Below, in pieces: positions 46,631 to 51,729 of a stretch of 51,729 nt of DNA; positions within the stretch are counted from its first letter, which is position 1; the number at the start of each line of letters is the position of its first letter. This stretch comes from a virus (taxonomy: Duplodnaviria > Caudoviricetes). A program made the translations under genes and the position numbers. Where the stretch lies: the IMG/VR virus record IMGVR_UViG_3300049893_000693, positions 1 through 51,729 of that record; one strand, written 5' to 3'. The notes under the pieces were generated by a model. The model did not search any database, was not told the DNA's origin, and saw nothing but the letters and a program-made list of their open reading frames with translations.

Positions 46631-47242
46631 TTAGCGGACGTTAGCAGGAACGATATTCGCAATCGCCGCACCGTTCTTCAGGAAGTCAGTAGCCTTGATG
46701 GTGTAGACGGTATTGGCCGTCAGATTACCACCAGTATGCTGCACAATAGCATTGGGGTCAGGGATGATAATCTCAAGCCACTTACCGGCAGCCAGAGTAT
46801 CGCCAGTCGTGATGCCGGTGCCGTTGATCTTCCACTCACCAGCGCCGGGAGTCGCATCTGAACCCTTACGCAGAAGCAGGGTCGCATCGACTTCCATGCC
46901 GCGCTCTTCAGGCAGCACAAGCGCGATAGCCTGGAGGTAGTTGGCCGCAGTGATCGAGGCATCAGCGGTGGTCGGATAGGTCACGCCAGTCGGAGCGGTC
47001 GGGAGAGTGAAGGTCGTCGCCGAGCCGTCACACTTGAACCGGAACACGCGCTGGGGCGAATTGATACGACCGGGGTGATTGACACCATACAGAGTGGCCG
47101 CGCCGGGCGACCAGACAGTCAAACGCTGATCGGACGTAAACGCGCGAATACGCCGATTGAACGCGGCGCTAGTAGCGCCAGTGGCAGTGAGGGAGAGCGT
47201 GAGAGCAACGGGATTGGTGCCCACACCAGTGTTAAGAGCCAT
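46631..47242 (-). CDS. Probable virion structural/decoration protein
   Basis: AAGGAGG SD; T/A-rich beta protein; biased codons. Confidence 0.6.
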   Translation of the reverse strand: MALNTGVGTNPVALTLSLTATGATSAAFNRRIRAFTSDQRLTVWSPGAATLYGVNHPGRINSPQRVFRFKCDGSATTFTLPTAPTGVTYPTTADASITAANYLQAIALVLPEERGMEVDATLLLRKGSDATPGAGEWKINGTGITTGDTLAAGKWLEIIIPDPNAIVQHTGGNLTANTVYTIKATDFLKNGAAIANIVPANVR

Positions 47243-47309
47243 GACGGCCTCCTTATTTGGCGGGGCGTGCCCGCGAGTGATACCGCTGGCTATAGCCTAC
47301 GGCACCGTC

Positions 47310-47337
47310 ATGCTACAGTCCAGGATAGATATGCAAG
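47310..47337 (-). promoter_or_regulatory. Putative late promoter CTTGCAT-N15-TAGCAT
   Basis: Shared motif in an intergenic gap. Confidence 0.45.
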
Positions 47338-47349
47338 CACTAATTTACA

Positions 47350-47580
47350 TTAGTCAACTAATTTAACCAGGAGGATCTGGTACCCTGGTATTACCTCATC
47401 AGCCTTGCGTTTTATGCCTGCACCAAAGTAGAGCCACATTTGTCCATCATGTCGTTGGTACGCCTTCCACTCCCGGTACTGCTTGTACTGCTGAGAGGAC
47501 AGCACGATGTAGACACCATGCTTGTTCACGACAGGCTTGGCCCCTTGGGGTAGTTCGATAGTCCTCCACTCTGCGGCCAT
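47350..47580 (-). CDS. Hypothetical protein
   Basis: GGAGG SD; TAATG coupling to terminase. Confidence 0.65.
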   Translation of the reverse strand: MAAEWRTIELPQGAKPVVNKHGVYIVLSSQQYKQYREWKAYQRHDGQMWLYFGAGIKRKADEVIPGYQILLVKLVD

Positions 47581-49148
47581 TACTTCCTCCGCATCTTATA
47601 CGCCGACCCGTTGAGTCGCCTGAACGGTGCCTCATCGTTTCGGGTGATGTCGCTCGTACGGGCGATCATGTACTCGTGGGTCCAAATCTTACGACCATCC
47701 TTATCGCGCGTCTCATCTGGCCCTTCTGGCTCTTTTGGCTTAGGCGGGGGTATCACGTCCATGTCGAGGGCCAAGAACCCATTAGCCAGCGCGTCTACAA
47801 GATCGTCCTCACCCTCTGACTCTGGCATGAACTGAAGCAGTTGGGGCTTTAATGTATGGGTGTAGAAATCACCTTCGGGGAAAAAGACTTGTCCAGCCTC
47901 CATACGCGCCCGAAAAGCGTGGGCGTGGACGTGTTTTGCGGCAGTTCTACTGTGCCTAGATAGCGAAACATACCACTTTTGCTTGGACATTTCAGCCCTA
48001 AACACGGGTTCCAGAGTGGACTGAATCGGCCCCTTTTCAGTAGCCAGGACCCTAGATTTTAGGGTTTTAGCGAGTTTTATGGTCTTTTCTACTGAGTCGA
48101 GTGACTCGAACCGCCCATAATGGATGGTAGGGTGGATATAGACATTCCCCTTATGGTCCACTCCCAGCGCCACCACGGCGGTATGGTCGGCTGTGGTCTT
48201 GGTAGACACAGCGTAGTCAGCCGCGACGAGCCACCGCAACTCAGTATCTTCAGGCAGGGTCTGGTATGTACGGAAGTGCTTGGCTTGGAAGAACCCGCCC
48301 TCTTCGATATACGGGCTACACTGATACATAGAGGCCCACACCCTAGGCGGGAGGGACTTCTTCAGCATAGCGGCTTCAGATGCTGGGTATCGCTCTGGAT
48401 GCAGTACCTCGCCCTTCTTCCGATACAGTTCGTCTACCTTGGCTTCCTCGGGGAACTCGTAGACAATCCAGTTCTCGTGAGAATGGTCTCTAAGAACGCG
48501 TCCAATAAGGTCGTCCACATGCCAGCGTGTGGCAGTAATGATAACACCACCGCCAGGATGAAGGCGAGTGCGAGCGACAGAATTATACCACTCACCAGCG
48601 CGATCTCGAATAAGCTGAGAATCAGCATCTTGCTGATCTTTGCAATAGTCGTCAATACAGAGGATGTGCGCGCCCATGCCCGTGAGCGCACCTCCAATGC
48701 TTGTGGATTTATACATGCCTCCGAGCTTCGTACGAACGAAGTCTGCGGCATTGGATCGGGGGTCGAGTTTGACATCGAATAGGTCCTGATATACGGGGTT
48801 ATTGAGGAGTTCACGGACTTCGCGCCCAAAGCCGTCGCTGAGGTCCTGCCCATATGTAGCAGTGATCCACTCCCACTCAGGATGCTTGGCCAGGACGTAG
48901 GGGGGCAGCTTGCGCGACACGATTTCAGACTTGCCACGGCGCGGCGGGCAGGTGAGAATGAGCCTAGGCGACTTCTTCTGCTCTACGCCTAGGATGAAGT
49001 CGTCAAGCAGTTCACACAGCCGGGTATGGAACCAGCCAGCCTTGTACTCACGGTGGAACAGTTGGATGAACGGCAACAGGGACCGTCTGGCCATCTCCCG
49101 GTTAAGGAGTTCCAGATCCAACGCCGCCACCATCTCATTGTGGTCCAT
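47580..49148 (-). CDS. terL: Terminase large subunit
   Basis: PPRRGKS Walker A, LCIDD Walker B, TRWH.DDL.G, YQ..P, AAD.A, DDLVDA nuclease motif. Confidence 0.97.
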   Translation of the reverse strand: MDHNEMVAALDLELLNREMARRSLLPFIQLFHREYKAGWFHTRLCELLDDFILGVEQKKSPRLILTCPPRRGKSEIVSRKLPPYVLAKHPEWEWITATYGQDLSDGFGREVRELLNNPVYQDLFDVKLDPRSNAADFVRTKLGGMYKSTSIGGALTGMGAHILCIDDYCKDQQDADSQLIRDRAGEWYNSVARTRLHPGGGVIITATRWHVDDLIGRVLRDHSHENWIVYEFPEEAKVDELYRKKGEVLHPERYPASEAAMLKKSLPPRVWASMYQCSPYIEEGGFFQAKHFRTYQTLPEDTELRWLVAADYAVSTKTTADHTAVVALGVDHKGNVYIHPTIHYGRFESLDSVEKTIKLAKTLKSRVLATEKGPIQSTLEPVFRAEMSKQKWYVSLSRHSRTAAKHVHAHAFRARMEAGQVFFPEGDFYTHTLKPQLLQFMPESEGEDDLVDALANGFLALDMDVIPPPKPKEPEGPDETRDKDGRKIWTHEYMIARTSDITRNDEAPFRRLNGSAYKMRRK

Positions 49149-49528
49149 TACGCTACTCTCGCCACGGACTTGATGAAGGAGGTAGGAATCATGAATCTGC
49201 CTTGGGTTTGGGTGTCAGCCGCGATGGACTGGGCCAGGGTGATGAAGTCAGGCTTCTGGTCAATAAGGAATCCTACCGATACGATCTCTACTGGTCGGAC
49301 TTGCTTGGAGTCTTCCATATCCTTCCACGCTGGCTCATCTGGCGCGTCGTCCTGCGTCGCGTCGAGCCATGTAATACGTACGACTTTATATACGGACTTG
49401 GGCGGCTGCGACTTGCGCAGCTTTGGCGGCTGCTTCGTCGCGGAGCTTGATGAGGTCGGCGAGCGGGAGACTCTTGAGCACTTGCGATTTGCGAGCGATT
49501 TCGTCAAGGGAGGATGATGATGGCGCAT
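49148..49528 (-). CDS. Small conserved phage protein (W.DA...SVG.L type); start uncertain
   Basis: VRITWLDA, VSVGFLI, ITLAQS, IP..FI; TAATG coupling to terL. Confidence 0.65.
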   Translation of the reverse strand: MRHHHPPLTKSLANRKCSRVSRSPTSSSSATKQPPKLRKSQPPKSVYKVVRITWLDATQDDAPDEPAWKDMEDSKQVRPVEIVSVGFLIDQKPDFITLAQSIAADTQTQGRFMIPTSFIKSVARVA

Positions 49529-49754
49529 CGGTTGCCTTTGCTTGTGGAACGGTTTTGTCGGTGAGGTACTTCAGCGCGTCATAGCGCATCTGTGGGGTGG
49601 CTGGGGTAGCGTCTGGCGTAGGATGGCCGTGGCTGTCGAGGATAGGCATGGTACCAGTCAGCGCGATCTGCGTAAGCATACGTATGAAGGCTTCGGTTGG
49701 AAGCGACATACGCAGCGATTCGAACGACTGCATGGTGGTTGGGATTATTGGCAT
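49386..49754 (-). CDS. Possible terminase small subunit
   Basis: Position upstream of terL; helical, RYDALKYLTDK motif. Confidence 0.4.
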   Translation of the reverse strand: MPIIPTTMQSFESLRMSLPTEAFIRMLTQIALTGTMPILDSHGHPTPDATPATPQMRYDALKYLTDKTVPQAKATDAPSSSSLDEIARKSQVLKSLPLADLIKLRDEAAAKAAQVAAAQVRI

Positions 49755-50254
49755 GGATCAGGGTCCAATACTATTGGTTCGGCTGGGTCGGGCGTGCTAG
49801 AGGAGTCTGGAGAGTTAGACGTGGCTGGCTTGTCGGGCACACGACTGTAGCCTGGATTGGGTATGGTGGATGGTAGGACTGGGGTACGGTTGAGCACGAC
49901 TACCCGCTCTGCCGACAGCAGTTTGGCATGGGCCTGGACCGAGCGGTTGTACTCTACCATGCACTGGTGCACGATCTGCCACATCTTATCTAACAAGGCA
50001 GTCGGCTCTGCGAAGGCGGCGTGTGGGATGGGGTCGGTGTTGTCTGCCAGGGCGTACCGCTGTAGGTTGCGGAGTGCGAGTTCGTACAGATTACGGTACT
50101 GGAGAAGGATTTGCAGGGCAGGTTGATCTGGCGGGGCGAACATGGTCTTACCCGCGCCGAATAGGATAACTTTGAATGAAGCGGCGACTTTAGATAGGGA
50201 TGCCTCGGTGCGATCCTCCACTTCAGGTATCATCATACGCGGCAATTTGGGCAT
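49745..50254 (-). CDS. Hypothetical first late protein
   Basis: ORF; ATG 50254 lies 7 nt after a -10-like element. Confidence 0.6.
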   Translation of the reverse strand: MPKLPRMMIPEVEDRTEASLSKVAASFKVILFGAGKTMFAPPDQPALQILLQYRNLYELALRNLQRYALADNTDPIPHAAFAEPTALLDKMWQIVHQCMVEYNRSVQAHAKLLSAERVVVLNRTPVLPSTIPNPGYSRVPDKPATSNSPDSSSTPDPAEPIVLDPDPCQ

Positions 50255-50261
50255 GCTAGGC

Positions 50262-50290
50262 AGCATTGCAACGATCGGGGGGATTGCAAG
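50262..50290 (-). promoter_or_regulatory. Putative late promoter CTTGCAA-N15-CAATGCT
   Basis: Shared motif at the head of the late operon. Confidence 0.5.
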
Positions 50291-50328
50291 CCAAGTATAG
50301 CCAAAATGAGCTATACTCGGCTAGACTT

Positions 50329-50359
50329 AGTTAGACTTGGCTGGACTTATTAGGTGTTA
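50329..50359. repeat. 10-bp periodic repeat GCTAGACTTA / GTTAGACTTG / GCTGGACTTA
   Basis: Read directly. Confidence 0.75.
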
Positions 50360-50532
50360 CAACCTCATACTAGTTCAGATTTTGATCCGCGCGGTATTGA
50401 GGCCGTGTTAAGTACGCCCAGCCGCCCGGCTCGACTAACCCCCCGGCGTACCCCACCCCTGACCAGTCTGACCAGCCCCAATAGCTTGTATGGTGTCATT
50501 ATTGACACACTATGGGTAGGACGTGTGACGTA

Positions 50533-51052
50533 TGAGGGTATTATGGATAGCGACAACAAAGCGCGGCGGGCTGGACGGAAGCCCGACGTACCGATCGGAG
50601 AAATCCCCCGACAACAAGGGGGCGGGGTATGCCTCAAACCTGGGCTTACTCTGTGGTCCGACCACGGGAACGGTGCTGCGCCTTCGAGACTTGCGGCGGG
50701 TTCTAAACCGCCACATCGTCTGATCCCTGCCCTAGGCTGACAGTGCTTTACTGCGGCACGATACCCTAGGGACAGTGCGACCGGTAGTCATGGTGATTGC
50801 CAGACGGTCGCACAAGGCACACTAGGGCGGAACGCTCGTCCTAGTCCTAAGTCCTGCAATCCCGTGCGCGGGATTGGTGCAAGCCGTCCGGTGAACGGCA
50901 TCGCTAGACAATCGCATCCCTAGGAAACCCTCGTACCGTCCGAACGGTGCTCGCAAGCCCTAGGGTTTGACGAGTCCGAATGGCTTAGGACACTCAAGCC
51001 TAAGCCTTTCGATGCTCGCCAATCCAGGCAAGCCCTATGCGCCAACCGCGCA
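50533..51052 (+). ncRNA. Candidate large structured non-coding RNA or early leader
   Basis: About 12 consecutive stems with G-U pairs on the + strand; no convincing ORF. Confidence 0.65.
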
Positions 51053-51062
51053 GGAGTATCCC

Positions 51063-51503
51063 ATGCCTTCTACCCTCGCCCCCACCCTGGAACAGTCCGC
51101 CACCAATGCCGTGGAGGTCCAGACCCCTGATGTCGTGGTCCTGGCGTCTACCGAGAAATTGAGCGCCAGCGAGGCTGGCAAGGTCGCCAAGCGCGCCGGT
51201 CATCTCGTCTTGGATGCTGGTGATGCGCTTGTGGTCGTCCGTGGCGACAGCGCCTTGGCCACCAATGTCGAATCCCGTCGAGGCCTCCGCAATTATGACA
51301 AGGTCATGGACAGCTTCGACAGTGCCACACCCGCCAGCATCCGCGCCGCGTGTGATGGCGCAAAGGCCCATCTCATGGATATGGTCAAAGCGACCAATGA
51401 AGCGGCCTTTGCGGCGCGGCGTGACATGCTGAATCAAGCCGCATCAGCCACTGGTTGGCGTCGCACGGTCCTGTTGCGCATGGCGCTCAAGGGCCTGAAG
51501 TAA
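51063..51503 (+). CDS. Hypothetical early protein, 146 aa
   Basis: AGGAG SD before ATG 51063; biased codons. Confidence 0.75.
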   Translation: MPSTLAPTLEQSATNAVEVQTPDVVVLASTEKLSASEAGKVAKRAGHLVLDAGDALVVVRGDSALATNVESRRGLRNYDKVMDSFDSATPASIRAACDGAKAHLMDMVKATNEAAFAARRDMLNQAASATGWRRTVLLRMALKGLK

Positions 51504-51515
51504 GTCTAGCCATCC

Positions 51516-51559
51516 GCATCATACTACCCAAGCCCTACTAGGTTAGTGTAGTATGATGC
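51516..51559. other. 12-bp inverted repeat GCATCATACTAC/GTAGTATGATGC
   Basis: Read directly; downstream of 51063..51503. Confidence 0.75.
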
Positions 51560-51729
51560 TATTACGTTTGACGATTCTCATGCGCCAAGTCTGACTTGAC
51601 GCATGGATGATCGCCATGCATCCTCACGCTCTAAAAGTGTCCTAACCTAAAAAGGTATTATTTCTTAATACCTTTTCACTTTTTAGGTAAAAAACGATTG
51701 AAACTCATGGCCCAAGGTTTGTTATGACT

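Larger units (their letters stand above)
1..51729. mobile_element. Near-complete or complete dsDNA tailed bacteriophage genome, podovirus-like
   Basis: Terminase, portal, capsid, nozzle and ejection genes on the - strand; DNA polymerase A, helicase and nucleases on the + strand; no tape measure or sheath; no host housekeeping genes. Confidence 0.95.

Noticed and set aside
50502-50536. Perfect TTGACA as a sigma70 -35 for the large RNA
   Set aside because: No -10 hexamer at 16-18 nt spacing; it is half of the GTGTCA/TGACAC palindrome, so the early promoter is left unassigned
50354-50740. 128-aa + strand ORF over the structured region
   Set aside because: No convincing SD, low-complexity P/R/G composition; RNA structure explains the sequence better
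50329-51511. 11-bp inverted repeat GGCTAGACTTA/TAAGTCTAGCC as ends of an invertible or mobile segment
   Set aside because: No recombinase or transposase seen; likely a by-product of the abundant CTAGCC motif
1-51729. Stop-codon (TAG) reassignment suggested by CTAG abundance
   Set aside because: Core genes are intact in the standard code and several end at TAG right before the next gene (e.g. 9987, 16915)

Overview
The window looks like an essentially complete ~51.7 kb dsDNA tailed-phage genome with a podovirus-like (P22/T7-type short tail) layout. It appears opened inside the early region, since position 51729 reads on naturally into position 1. The plus strand (about 50.5 kb round through 1 to 20.68 kb) carries early and replication genes: many small hypothetical proteins, a Zn-ribbon amidoligase plus class II glutamine amidotransferase pair, a divergent P-loop NTPase, a family A DNA polymerase (Leu762 type), an SNF2 helicase, a Cas4-like nuclease, an RNA ligase, an HNH endonuclease, a metallophosphoesterase, DUF3310, endonuclease VII and a RuvC-like protein. 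The minus strand (50.27 to 20.68 kb) carries late genes: terminase, fibre-like proteins, a lipoprotein/membrane cluster, portal, scaffold, major capsid, adaptor, nozzle, a collar-domain tail fibre and four ejection proteins. I recognise no integrase, RNA polymerase, primase or endolysin. The most unusual content is non-coding: (1) a ~520-nt densely structured RNA candidate at 50533-51052; (2) a tRNA-like element with a 36-nt D-loop insertion and a non-canonical anticodon loop; (3) a family of hairpins with 8-nt loops containing AYAACA, shared by both elements and the early intergenic regions; (4) a second conserved hairpin, CCCCACGWTACGGGG; (5) strong CTAGCC enrichment; (6) a shared late promoter-like motif. 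All protein calls come from motif recognition by eye and all RNA structures from manual pairing; no searches or folding programs were run.
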